A stretch of 64,000 bases of DNA from Planctomycetota bacterium (GTDB lineage: Bacteria; Planctomycetota; UBA8108; SXIK01). Positions 20,801-30,100 of this stretch are shown piece by piece (positions within the stretch are counted from its first letter, which is position 1; every line of letters begins with the position of its first letter). Location of the stretch: positions 2,656,001-2,720,000 of the forward strand of contig OZ244999.1 in the NCBI GenBank assembly GCA_965223265.1, read 5' to 3'. Under the pieces are notes generated by a model. It searched no databases. It was not told the origin of the DNA and saw nothing but the letters and a program-made list of their open reading frames with translations. A program made the position numbers and the translations under genes.

Positions 20801-23309
20801 CTGCGAGGAACGACTCATGAAGTTGAAAGCGGTTGACGTTTTGAAAGAGGACGCCGAGAAGCGTCTCATCATCTCGGGCGGGCACGATGAATTTCGTTGC
20901 CCGATTCGGCGTCGTCTCGCCCAGTGGCACCGATGCGCGGAAGAAATCGAGCTCAGTGCAGAGCTGCTCGAGAAAATCGAAATCGCCACGTTCCGTCGTC
21001 GTCTCCAGATTTTCGAACACGCTGACGTTTTGCGTGTCGTGATTGGCGCTGATGAGCTCAGCGTCGCCATCGCCATCGAGGTCTTGTCCGAAGACAAATC
21101 GAGGTCCCGAACCGCCGATCGCGATGGATTGCCGATCGAGTGCGAATCGGCGGTTGCCGAGGTTGAGCACGACGTCGATCGCAGTGTTCCGCTGCGATCC
21201 ACCCAGTAGATCCACATGTCCGTCGCCGTTGACGTCGGCAAGGCTTACTGAAAGGGGCGTGAACTCGAGCGGCTGAGACGACCCGAACTGACCGTCGCCC
21301 TGGTTCCAGAGAATCGACACGCTTTCGCCCGAGACCGCAGCGAAATCAAGTCGGCCGTCGCCATCCAAGTCGGCGCTTGCCAAGTAGAAAGAAGGCGTCA
21401 GCAATGGAAGGGAGCGTGGCTGCTCAAACGATCCATCGCCGCGATTGAGAAGAAGTGCGACGTCCGACATGTCTGTGCGGGCGGTGGCGATGTCCACATC
21501 GTTGTCGTCGTCGAAGTCGCCGACCACGGAAGCTGCTCCGAGAGTTGGCTCATGATTCGAGACGACCAGCTGGCCGTCGCCGCGGTTAAGAAGGATGACG
21601 CTACGATTCGGGTCGGTAGAGAGGACGTCCAGGTCGTCATCACCATCGAAGTCGCCGGCACTCGTGTGTACGTTCGCCCCGAGGTCGATGAAGAACTGAG
21701 ATGATAGGTTGCCACCGCCATCGTTGACAAACGTCTCGATTCCCAATCCTCGCAGGCCAACGGTGAGATCGAGGTTGCCGTCACCGTTCAAATCGCCTGC
21801 GACGACAGTGAATGCGCGCCCTTGAGCGTCGAGTTGAACCGGCGCTGAGAGCGTCCCATCGCCCTGATTCCGCAGCACTGAGATACCGGCGAAATCTCGA
21901 TTGTTCGCGGTGATGACATCGACGAATCCGTCGCCATCCATATCGGCGACCGTAGCCCCATGCGGCTCTCCAAGCGTCGGATAGAGTGATTCGGCACTGA
22001 CGACAACCTGGCTTGCCCTCGCGTCCGGGATGCGTCCTTGCCACACCATGACAGCGCGACCCTCCGACAAAACGGGGAGCGCCAAATCATCAGCGCTGTC
22101 GCCGTCAAAGTCACCGCCGATCAACGCGCCAGCAGCGACGCGAAACGGCAGGGGCGACAGCGCATCGAATTGACCGTCGCCGCCGTTTCGCGCCACGACC
22201 ACGCTGCCCCCTAGATAGCTCGCAATGACGTCCAAGTCGCCGTCGCGGTCGATGTCACCGCACGTGACGTCGGTGGGGCGCAGCCCTTCGGCTGTCACAA
22301 CCGTCTCAGGGCGAAGGCCAGATGTTGTCGCCATGAGGACATGGATTTCGCCACGTGCCGCGATGATCAGTTCGCCTCTCCCGTCACCGTTCAAATCGGC
22401 GACGGTGAGCTGCTCGGGCTTTTCGATTTCTATCGTTTCTTCGCTGAGCGCAAAGGCATCACCGTGATTCTCGACAACGGTCAGGCTGTTCGCGTTGCGA
22501 TTGCCAGTGACGATGTCGATGTCTGCATCGGCGTCGACGTCGAGCAGTTCGACGGCGATAGGAAACTCGTCGACCGGCAGCTCGGCGACCTCTTCGAGTC
22601 GGCGGTTGCTCCGACTGAGTAGAACCTCCACCGTGTCCACTCTGAGCGTTGTGACGACAACGTCCGTGAGGCCGTCACCATTGAGATCGCCGACAGCGAG
22701 GGCGTGGCTGCCGCGGGCAACCTCTACCCCTTCGGTGGAGCTGGTGAACTGGTCGCTGCCATCTCCGTAGAGAACCACGACCGCGTCAGTGTTGACGTAC
22801 ACGAGATCCTGATGGCCGTCCGCATCCATGTCTGAGGCGCCCCAGCTACGGATGCGCGTGTCCGCGATTTCAAGGTGTCGGCTGTCGAAAAAATCTTCTC
22901 TAAACTCGCCGCGTTCATCGATCGGTCGTTGAAGGAGGATGGTTGCGCCTGAGGAGTGGCCAAAAGCAAGATCCATGAGCCCGTCGGCGTTGAAATCTTT
23001 GGCCATGACCGAACGGGAGTCGCCGTCGAGTTCAACGTTGCTGACCGAATCCAATGCCAGCGGCGGACCCTCGCAAGTGTCTGGCACACCGTTAAGGTTG
23101 CAGTCTTCAGCGTCGCCGCGGCCGACTTCAAGTTCATCCTCGACGCCGTTACCGTTACAGTCCGCGCCGTGCAGCGGTGCGGCGTGTGGGGAGATCAGTG
23201 AGCCGAGAAGGGCGAGGAGAGCTGTGGCGCAGAGGCGAGGGCAGGCTGCACGCACATCGATGGGCGCCGAGGGGCTGAGGTGTGTGGACACGCAGCGGCT
23301 GTGGATCAT
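17835..23309 (-). CDS. Secreted FG-GAP/VCBS-repeat protein fused to phospho-His swivel and PPDK_N-type ATP-grasp domains, with C-terminal dockerin-like module
   Basis: Signal peptide; DCNGNG..D..E motif; many DxDGDGxxD repeats; VSGVITGQPQGNLSHIAVRTARRGTPNA swivel motif; GGKATNL, RFRSSSNVED..FNGAGLYES, ANGVAFT, DFEFK..KQVRP; C-terminal RGDFDADG...AADTNDDG. Confidence 0.88.
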   Translation of the reverse strand: MIHSRCVSTHLSPSAPIDVRAACPRLCATALLALLGSLISPHAAPLHGADCNGNGVEDELEVGRGDAEDCNLNGVPDTCEGPPLALDSVSNVELDGDSRSVMAKDFNADGLMDLAFGHSSGATILLQRPIDERGEFREDFFDSRHLEIADTRIRSWGASDMDADGHQDLVYVNTDAVVVLYGDGSDQFTSSTEGVEVARGSHALAVGDLNGDGLTDVVVTTLRVDTVEVLLSRSNRRLEEVAELPVDEFPIAVELLDVDADADIDIVTGNRNANSLTVVENHGDAFALSEETIEIEKPEQLTVADLNGDGRGELIIAARGEIHVLMATTSGLRPETVVTAEGLRPTDVTCGDIDRDGDLDVIASYLGGSVVVARNGGDGQFDALSPLPFRVAAGALIGGDFDGDSADDLALPVLSEGRAVMVWQGRIPDARASQVVVSAESLYPTLGEPHGATVADMDGDGFVDVITANNRDFAGISVLRNQGDGTLSAPVQLDAQGRAFTVVAGDLNGDGNLDLTVGLRGLGIETFVNDGGGNLSSQFFIDLGANVHTSAGDFDGDDDLDVLSTDPNRSVILLNRGDGQLVVSNHEPTLGAASVVGDFDDDNDVDIATARTDMSDVALLLNRGDGSFEQPRSLPLLTPSFYLASADLDGDGRLDFAAVSGESVSILWNQGDGQFGSSQPLEFTPLSVSLADVNGDGHVDLLGGSQRNTAIDVVLNLGNRRFALDRQSIAIGGSGPRFVFGQDLDGDGDAELISANHDTQNVSVFENLETTTERGDFDFLEQLCTELDFFRASVPLGETTPNRATKFIVPARDDETLLGVLFQNVNRFQLHESFLAEVFPNIFSGGTRDEYNRLVGRRATRDFYVGVLSRLKPETEPVFAFSVVADTGFDVREVLQLEEIEWVHTQLTHVFSLGELAYDPDTQLARDEAETWTNPPFPILSEGVGLPESDYEPYTRGVGYGRVRVLTLAEFEAASRSGRFTLQDIVVVDEVPQDIEGVVSGVITGQPQGNLSHIAVRTARRGTPNAFIAGATDKLAGRDGELVRFEVLDTGYSIEPAQLSEAEEFWDQSRPSLPQLPTVDSQYGGLDHLFDFDVALDGASVSRFGGKATNLSRLQTVLTGPYAQYREIGFAIPMRYYLDFMQSNSFQLDDRTLSYEELLFELLDDPDVQTDSERRFTLLDDFRSFARREGVVDPMLVASLTERIRDVFGATDLMVRFRSSSNVEDGLEFNGAGLYESTSVCAADTIDPATPDASHCDPSRNSERTVERALKKVWTSLWTFRAHEERTFFQIPREAASMGILVNRAFLDEKANGVAFTGNPTNAGDRRYVVTAQLGEASSVSPEPGVRVERNFLEVVDGEVIDIFRNRSSSLVPPGEVVMTDAQLRELGALMAHVDENFPIELGTHTRDEVLLDFEFKVEADGSLAVKQVRPFLLTTTRVESPTFELRIPDSTSVCAVFSKDRTDRPPRTEYELKSMVHFRSGVFPLPTRSDSFALDLIDQVIFGPEQEIAAPVASGRVDIVRVQDADRRVIYRFSYAQRFTLPSGDQLEIEIFNLNFRGQGSQAIDEFRILDEEYLTFDLSMLGRLNGQPVVGYSSCFYELLPHFQIDVEFAGGRIQLEERFLESENLLSSGPASIVRADVTLTGQDRSIVGDYWKLVYAAARHNRSVQYWVLLEPPVVVDGLAAPVSVVEIAAPEPTLSFPGGVTLLGADFQPLANPALRSFNKTDVEIRSVYRRGDFDADGATNVNDAVALLNHLFRSAAAPPCAKAADTNDDGRLDLADAMTLLLHLFAGNGPLPQPSAGCGIDPTPDGLSCDHHAPCVGG

Positions 23310-23478
23310 CGCGAACCTCCCTCGCGTACGCCCTCGTCCGCTACCCAGGACCCCTCTCGACCCTCGTTCGAGTGGCGGCTGTCAAGAATCGATGTTAAGC
23401 GACAGTTGCCCAGAAAGCGAAGACGATTCTCTGCCGCCACCACCAAAATCAACAAGCGCAGTTCTCCGCATGAATGTC

Positions 23479-23666
23479 TTAACAGCCCGTGTGAAAAAGT
23501 CACTCGCCCGAGAAACTGGCCTCTTCACGCCCAGCTCGACCGCGGCGAGCCTCGCCGTGTATATCTTATAGAAGAGGGCTCGGAGATTGCCTACGTTCGC
23601 CGCGGCCGATCTGGACGCGAAGAGACCAGTTTTCGGCTCGAAGCACTTTTTCAGGCAGGCTGTTAA
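23479..23666 (+). mobile_element. MITE-like palindromic element, family A copy 1 (long-loop variant)
   Basis: TTAA-CAGCCCGTGTGAAAAAGT ... ACTTTTTCAGGCAGGCTG-TTAA; body shared with copies at 26947, 57060, 57749 and 61825. Confidence 0.85.
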
Positions 23667-23883
23667 CTCGAGGTTAAGTGCGATGCAACGAAAGTGTCTG
23701 CATTCTCCGGCGCGAGTTCAGATCGAACACGTCGATGGTCTCGACGGCACAGTAGCTTTTGGCGCCGCTTTTCTGCAGGTGTTGAGGATAGACTCATTCC
23801 TACCAGTCGTCCGAATACACGAGTCCTATCTCGCGGCGCACGAATGTGACTGGGTGCCCGTGAGAACGATCCGGAGAAGAAAC

Positions 23884-25122
23884 ATGGAAAGACGAACGTT
23901 CTTGAGAAAGGGGGTCGCCGCTGCCGCGCACCTACTCGGCGCGTGGGCACTGTTTCCCAAGGCGGTGCTCGCTAAGATGCCGCGCGACCTGAAAGTCACG
24001 GCGCTCAAGGTGATTCCCGTCTGGACCGGGTCGATGAACTACGTCTTCGTGAAGTTGTACACGAATCACGGCATCACTGGCGTCGGCGAGGGCGGGATCC
24101 GAGGGCGAGGCGGCACGATGATCGCGGCGATCAAGGAGCATGAACGCTACATCGTCGGCAAGAACCCACTTGAGATCGAAAAGCACTGGCAGGCGATGTA
24201 TCGCTGGCCGCGGTGGCGTGGTGGGCCAATCTTGAATAGTGCCGTCAGCGCTGTTGACATCGCGCTCTGGGACATTGCCGGCAAGGTTCTCGACGCTCCG
24301 ATCTATCAGCTTCTCGGCGGTGCTGCAAAAGACAAGATCCGGCTCTACGTCGGTGGCGGATCGGCGGACGGAGTTCGGCAAGCGAAAGAGCGCGGCTTCA
24401 ACGCTTGCAAGACCGGCCCGGCTCTCGCGGTCAACGGAGTCATTCGCCAGCCGTGGGACGTCAAGTCCGAGATCAAACGCCTGCAAGAAATGCGCCAAGC
24501 GGGCGGGGATGACTTCGACATCCTCTACGATGCGCACACGCAGTTTAAGCCGGAGATGGCACTCGATTTTTGTATGCGGGCCGAGGAGCTGCGGCTCTTC
24601 TTTCTGGAGGAGCCCATGTTGACCTCAGACATCGGCAAGATGCAGTGGCTGGCGGACCGCGTCAAAGTGCCGCTCTGCCAGGGTGAGAGCCAGTTCATGA
24701 AATTCGGCTTTCAAGAGATGATCGATCGCCATCTCGTCAGCTACATCAATCCCGACGTCATACACGCCGGCGGCATCTCTGAGTGCAAGAAAATCGCCGC
24801 CATGGCGGAAGCGCATTTCATCGACGTGTCACTCCACAACGCCCAGAGCCCGGTGATGACTCTGGCCGGCCTCCACGTGAACGCCTGCACGACGAACTGC
24901 GTCATCCACGAGTTCAATCAAGCGCGGGAGTACGCCCCGTGGGAGGAGGACCTCTACCGCGGCGTCAAGATCGCGTATGCGAACGGCTACGCGGCGTTGC
25001 CGGAAGGTCCAGGACTCGGCATCGACATTGACGAAGCGGTAGCGAAGAAGCGCCCGGCGCGACCCTTCACTGAGACGCGGGGCACGCTGAGATGGCCGGA
25101 CGGTTCAGTGGGGGACACCTGA
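23884..25122 (+). CDS. Mandelate racemase / galactonate dehydratase-like enolase-superfamily enzyme with Tat-type signal
   Basis: MERRTFLRKG + hydrophobic leader ending VLA; motifs GITGVGE, WRGGPILNSAVSAVDIALWDIAGK, YDAH, FLEEP, QGE, NPD, LHN, GPGLG. Confidence 0.88.
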   Translation: MERRTFLRKGVAAAAHLLGAWALFPKAVLAKMPRDLKVTALKVIPVWTGSMNYVFVKLYTNHGITGVGEGGIRGRGGTMIAAIKEHERYIVGKNPLEIEKHWQAMYRWPRWRGGPILNSAVSAVDIALWDIAGKVLDAPIYQLLGGAAKDKIRLYVGGGSADGVRQAKERGFNACKTGPALAVNGVIRQPWDVKSEIKRLQEMRQAGGDDFDILYDAHTQFKPEMALDFCMRAEELRLFFLEEPMLTSDIGKMQWLADRVKVPLCQGESQFMKFGFQEMIDRHLVSYINPDVIHAGGISECKKIAAMAEAHFIDVSLHNAQSPVMTLAGLHVNACTTNCVIHEFNQAREYAPWEEDLYRGVKIAYANGYAALPEGPGLGIDIDEAVAKKRPARPFTETRGTLRWPDGSVGDT

Positions 25123-25125
25123 TCT

Positions 25126-25551
25126 TCACGATCCCTCTGTGAATACCTGTGGCTCGATGGCCATGCGGTGCGGAGAGGCAAACTCTCGGCCGGATTCCCC
25201 CATTTCGTACGGCACCACGATTCCCATCGCGAAACCCGACCGGTGCTCGACCGCAACGTGAATTGCATCGAGAGTTTCGCCTGACTCTGGATTGGAGAGC
25301 GTGACGTCCGTGATCACGGCGAGCGCGATCATGTCGCTTTCCTCACGGAACTTTCTCAAACCTCGGTAGAGAGTTGTGATCGCCTCATCGGTCTCCATCC
25401 CAGGATCGGTCGCGATCATTTGTCCCTCGGAGTTTTCGATGCTCGTGAAGGCGTAGGGGTGCAAGTCGTCGGTGTTCGCGGCCATCATCGAGAGGGAATT
25501 GAGAGCCTGTTCGTAGATTGCTGTAACTTCTTGTTCTGTCTGTTCGTCCAT
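25126..25551 (-). CDS. Acidic hypothetical protein
   Basis: AAGGA RBS before the ATG at 25551; C-terminal DAIHVAVEHRSG motif; converges on the dehydratase gene. Confidence 0.7.
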   Translation of the reverse strand: MDEQTEQEVTAIYEQALNSLSMMAANTDDLHPYAFTSIENSEGQMIATDPGMETDEAITTLYRGLRKFREESDMIALAVITDVTLSNPESGETLDAIHVAVEHRSGFAMGIVVPYEMGESGREFASPHRMAIEPQVFTEGS

Positions 25552-25600
25552 TCTGATTCCTTGAGACTCTGATGGAGTGATCTTCAATTGCGTCAAACGC

Positions 25601-26343
25601 TCATTCGTCACGAAACAACTCCCGCAGGAAACGATCGGGACTCTCGAGGAACGACTTCGTGATGACGTAGTGCTCGGTCTCTCGGTAGTCGACGGCGCCG
25701 ATCCCTTGGTCGGTCAGGTGGTAGAGCGTCGCGTCAGGATACGCCATCAAAATGGGGGAGTGCGTCGCCAAGACAAATTGGGCGCCGGCGCTGGCGAGAT
25801 CATGAATGAGCCTGAGGAGCGAGAGTTGACGTTGGGGCGAGAGGGCGGATTCCGGCTCGTCGAGGACATAAAGCCCTTTCTCGTGAAATCGGTTCTGCAC
25901 GACCCAGAGAAACGCTTCGCCGTGAGATCGAGAGTGGAGGTCCTCCCAACCATAGGCAAAGAGCCCCCTGGTTTCGATCTCGGTGGAAACGTTGAACATG
26001 GTTTCAGCCCGCAGAAAAAATGCAGATCGCTCACGTGTGGGGTTGCGGACGAGCCGCAGCGCGTTGTGCAGCGACGACTCAGACGGTCGCAGGGAATAGT
26101 CGAAGTTTTTGCTGCCTCCTTCGGGGTTGAGTCCAGCAGCGATGGCGATGGCTTCAATGAGGGTCGACTTGCCGGAGCCGTTCTCTCCGATCAGCATCGT
26201 CACTTGGGGTGAAGTGAAAGCGTCTCGAGCCCTTGGATTGCAGGAATCGCAAAAGGGTAGACCTCGAAGCTCTCCACTCGATCGCGACGCAGCTGGATTT
26301 CGCGCAAGAATCCGCGTTGCTGCAATCTTACTGTCACTTTCAT
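25601..26343 (-). pseudogene. Predicted AAA/ABC-type ATPase (COG3910-like), split by a single-base frameshift near 26203
   Basis: N-part ...YPFAIPAIQGLETLSLHPK* (26200..26343) and C-part VTMLIGENGSGKST..FFLRAE..SHGE..LDEPESALSP..ATHSPIL (25601..26203) read as one protein if one base is added at CAC CCC AA^ GTG. Confidence 0.8.
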
Positions 26344-26466
26344 TGGTGCCGTTTCGTCCATTCTGTCACGAAGCATCCTTGCGATCGCAAGTTTTCTTTT
26401 TGCTAGGCGGTTCGTGACTGCCCACAATCACCTTGGGATGACCATCGAGCAGATGCTGGGGAGCAT

Positions 26467-26961
26467 ATGGAGCCATCACTTTCGTCACGTTTCGTCTCCG
26501 TCTTCGAAGGCCGTCCTTCAGAAGTGTATGTGGTCCAGGCGACTCTCGAAGCGCAGGGTTTTCACACCTTCGCGGCGGACGAAACCATCAAGACGATCGA
26601 CCCGTTCATCACCGGTGTGGGCATGCTGCGCCGCACGCTGCAGGTGCCGTCGCAGCAGGTCGAAGCGGCTCGTTCGTACCTCGCCAAGCTGGAAGCATCG
26701 CGCAAAGAGGCTCCAGGAGCGAGGGTCGCTCAAAACCACGAGCCGACCCTGGAACGTCTCGGACGCCGGCTGCGATGGGGCGCGCTTGCGAGTCTGTTCG
26801 CACCGATCGTCCCACGTCTGGAGTGGTTGGCGATCGCCCTCTTCGGGGTTTTTTATCTCAGGTATTTCCTGTCGACGGTTACGGTTCAGCCGAAACCGCG
26901 GGCGCATCGCGCTACGCTCGTCTCCGGCGTCGTAATGATCGCCCTCCTAGCAGCCCGTTGA
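26467..26961 (+). CDS. DUF2007-like N-terminal domain membrane protein; 3' end supplied by a MITE
   Basis: GGGAG RBS; E..VVQATLEAQG...LQVP...VEAAR pattern plus TM helices; the stop TGA lies inside the MITE end. Confidence 0.7.
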   Translation: MEPSLSSRFVSVFEGRPSEVYVVQATLEAQGFHTFAADETIKTIDPFITGVGMLRRTLQVPSQQVEAARSYLAKLEASRKEAPGARVAQNHEPTLERLGRRLRWGALASLFAPIVPRLEWLAIALFGVFYLRYFLSTVTVQPKPRAHRATLVSGVVMIALLAAR

Positions 26962-27113
26962 AAAAGTCATTCGGCCGAAGAAACTGGCCTCTTCACGCCC
27001 AGCTCGACCGCGTCAATACTCGAAAATCCCAAGATTGCCTCCGTTTGCCGCAGCCGATCTGGACGCGAAGAGACCAGTTTTCGGCTCGAAGCACTTTTTC
27101 AACAGGCTGCTAG
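26947..27113 (+). mobile_element. MITE-like element, family A copy 2 (short variant), CTAG flanks
   Basis: CTAG-CAGCCCGTTGAAAAAGT ... ACTTTTTCAACAGGCTG-CTAG. Confidence 0.9.
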
Positions 27114-30100
27114 GCGTCGGTCACGATTCGAAGAAGCGCTGCCGCTTCCTCGCGCACACTCTCAAGCGCGCGGTCGTATCTCGACGTGCGTTCCAGCTCG
27201 ACCAGCGCCGCGTCGAAGTGCTTGAGGGCCTCTTGGCGCTCACCGAGATGCCAGAACGTCATAGCTAAATAAAAATCATCGAAGGCGTTCGGCGGGCGCA
27301 ATCGCGTCGTTTTCTTGAGCGCTTCGTAAGCCGCCGCCCATTCGCCCGTTCGAAAGTGCGCCACGCCAAGTGTGTTCCAGTATTCGGCTCGTTTCGGCGC
27401 GAAACGAACAGCCACCTGAGCTACGCGAAGTGCGAGAGTCAAGCACTCGGTCTGCGGCTGGGTCTCGGCAAGGGAGCTCCACGCGATATCGTTCAGCCGC
27501 GCTGCAAGTTGACGGCGTGTCGAAGGGCTCGGCTCGAGGGTGTCGATGCAGGCTAAAGCGGCATCGAAAGAAACCGAAGCTGGAGGCCGACATTCCGAGT
27601 GAGCCAGCGCCCAACTGCTGAGCAGCCACTCCGAGTAGCATAGGAGCGCTGCCTCGTCGTTCTCGCTCTCGCGCCTCAGGGTGTCGCAGAGTTCGCCGTA
27701 TCTGCTCTGCGCGATGGCGTTTGAGTCTGTCGGCAGAGGCTTCGTCGTCGCGATGATTTCTGCCACCAAACGCTGTGAACCAACAACGCGACCACCTTCA
27801 GGAGAGGGCGGTCGCGACGTTGCGGTCGACTCACGACTGCTGCGACTCGCCTCTTCGCGTACGTACTTCCAGGGAAACGGCGCCAACGCGCGCGTCCTGC
27901 TGCTTTTTTTCGGCTCGTTTTGGATCGCGAGTGTCGCCTCGGTTTGTAGCTCATTCGAACGAGAATCCGCGATCGTCGGTACTGGCCATAGGAGGACGCC
28001 GCTCTGTGTCGTGCCAACTGCGAGCTGTGCGCCATCGGAACTGAAGGCGAGAGTCCGGCCGCGGGAGCTGTGTAGCAGTGGCAGACTGTAGAACGGAGGC
28101 TCAGTCTTCAGGTTCCAGAGACGGGCGATGCCATCCGCGGACACCGCTGCCAAGAGCCGGCTGTCTGAGCTGAATCTCACGTCAACGATGGCACTCGCAT
28201 GCCGGGTTTCGGCTCCGATGCGTCGACGGACGCGGCGATCCCAGATTTCGATCGCTCCCGACATGTTCCCGCTAGCGAAGTAGTGACCGTCAGGGCTAAA
28301 GGCGAGGGCGTGTGTGCGACCATGCGCGAACGGCCGGCGCTGTCGCCTCGAATTCATGTCCACAAAGGTGTTCGCCCCGGCTCCACCTGTGGCCAAAAGT
28401 TCACCCTCAGGGCTGAATGCCATCGCCAGTACTTCGCCATTTGGTTTGGCCATCAGATCGTCGGCGAACTCTGTGTAAGGCGGCTCGATCCAACGGACCG
28501 TACCCTCCCGTGTGGCGACTGCGAGGGCTCCGGTGCGGGGTTGAAACGACACAACGGTGATCTCGGTGTCGATTTTGAGCGGCGAGGCGCTGCGCGTCCA
28601 GGTGTTGCTGCTCCAAAGGTCGACGACGCCATCTTTCGAGGCGACAGCCAGCAGCTCTCCGTCGGCGCGAAACGCCATTGTGCGAATGTCTGGGCCGATC
28701 GTCTCGAGTACGCGCTCGCGCGAACGTGTCTTCAGGTCCCACACGTCGACCGATCGTTTCGAGTGTGCGATGACCAACGAGGAGTCCCGTGGCCGAAACG
28801 CGAGGGCGTGGACCTCGCCGCTGAGCGGTATGTGCGTAGCTTTCGGTGCCCGACTCACATCATAGAGGCGCGCGTAGCCGGCCTTCGAGGCCGTCGCGAG
28901 TCGACGTCCGTCTGGGTGAAACGCGATCTTGTAGACGAGACTCGGGTGCGCAAGGACGAGGCCGTGCCTGCGAGCTGTGGCGGCGTTCCAGACATGGACC
29001 GTGCCGTCGAGAAGGGAGGTGGCAAAGAGGTGCCCACGTGGTGCGAAGCTCATGCATTCGACGGACGATTGGTGCTGCAGCGGTGCGCCGTGGCGCGTAG
29101 CGTTCGCGGCGTTCCACAGCTGCACGGTGCCGTCAGCTAGAGCAGTAGCGAGGTATGTCGACGTGGCGTCGAACGAGAGCGCGACGCAGTCGCCGTCATA
29201 CGGAAGTGGTGAGCCGTGGGGCGACATATCGTCCTGCCGCCACAGCTGTGCGCTTCCGGGTGAGCTGACTGCGAGCCATCGACCGTCTCGACTGAACGCC
29301 GTCCGATGCATTCCGTTCCCCTTGCCGACGCGAGAGCCGTGCGGCTCCCGGTCATCGACTCGCCACACGCCCGCGGGGCCGTCGTTGGATCCGGCTGCGA
29401 GCAGGCGGCCATCTGCACTGAAGCGGACTTCGCTTGCGCGTACGTGTCGAATGGGAGGTCCGTCGAGGACTCCATCGTCGCAGTTCCACAGCTTGATCGT
29501 CCCTTCCCGTTGTGAGCTGCTCGCTAGCAGACGCCCGTCCGGACTGAACGCGAGATGAAAGATTACACTCGTGCCGTGCGACATCTCCCTCAGTGAGCCG
29601 GTGGTCGAAGACCAAAGCCGAACTTCGCCGCGGTCGGTCGCTGTGGCGACGATGCCGCCGTCTGTGGGGCTGAACTCCAGCGCGGTGACGCGCGCTCGGT
29701 GCGCGAGCGGGAGTTCGCTGAGAACGCCGCGTGAGAGGTTCCAGATCTGAGCCTCATTGGGGCGGCCGCAGCCAATTGCCAGCGTGCGTCCGTCAGGGCT
29801 GAAAGCGATCGCACGCACGTGGCCAGTACCGTAGGTGCCAAGGACATCGACGAGTTGATTTGGGAAGATTTGATGCCAGCCGGACAGAATCCAGTCCGCT
29901 ACTGAGCGGAGCGGATTTTCTTGCGGAGCGATACGTCGGGCCTCCAGGACGTGGAGCAGCCCAAGAGGATTTCTGTCATCGAGCATCTGAGTTCCAACGT
30001 CGAGCCGCGAACGTGCGAGTAGTTCTTGCGTGTGTCGTAGGCTGTCCGCCCGGCTGCGCTCGCTCTCCTCGACGCGCTGCAGGGCAGCTTGCGTGCGCCG

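Noticed and set aside
23587-23883. N-terminal extension of the dehydratase ORF and the recurring peptide AAADLDAKRPVFGSKHFF (also in ORFs at 27035, 56983, 61698)
   Set aside because: These are translations of MITE family A, not a protein family; the Tat leader marks the start at 23884.
26195-26215. Programmed -1 frameshift in the ATPase
   Set aside because: C CCC AAG is not a canonical X XXY YYZ slippery heptamer; mutation or sequencing error is the simpler explanation.
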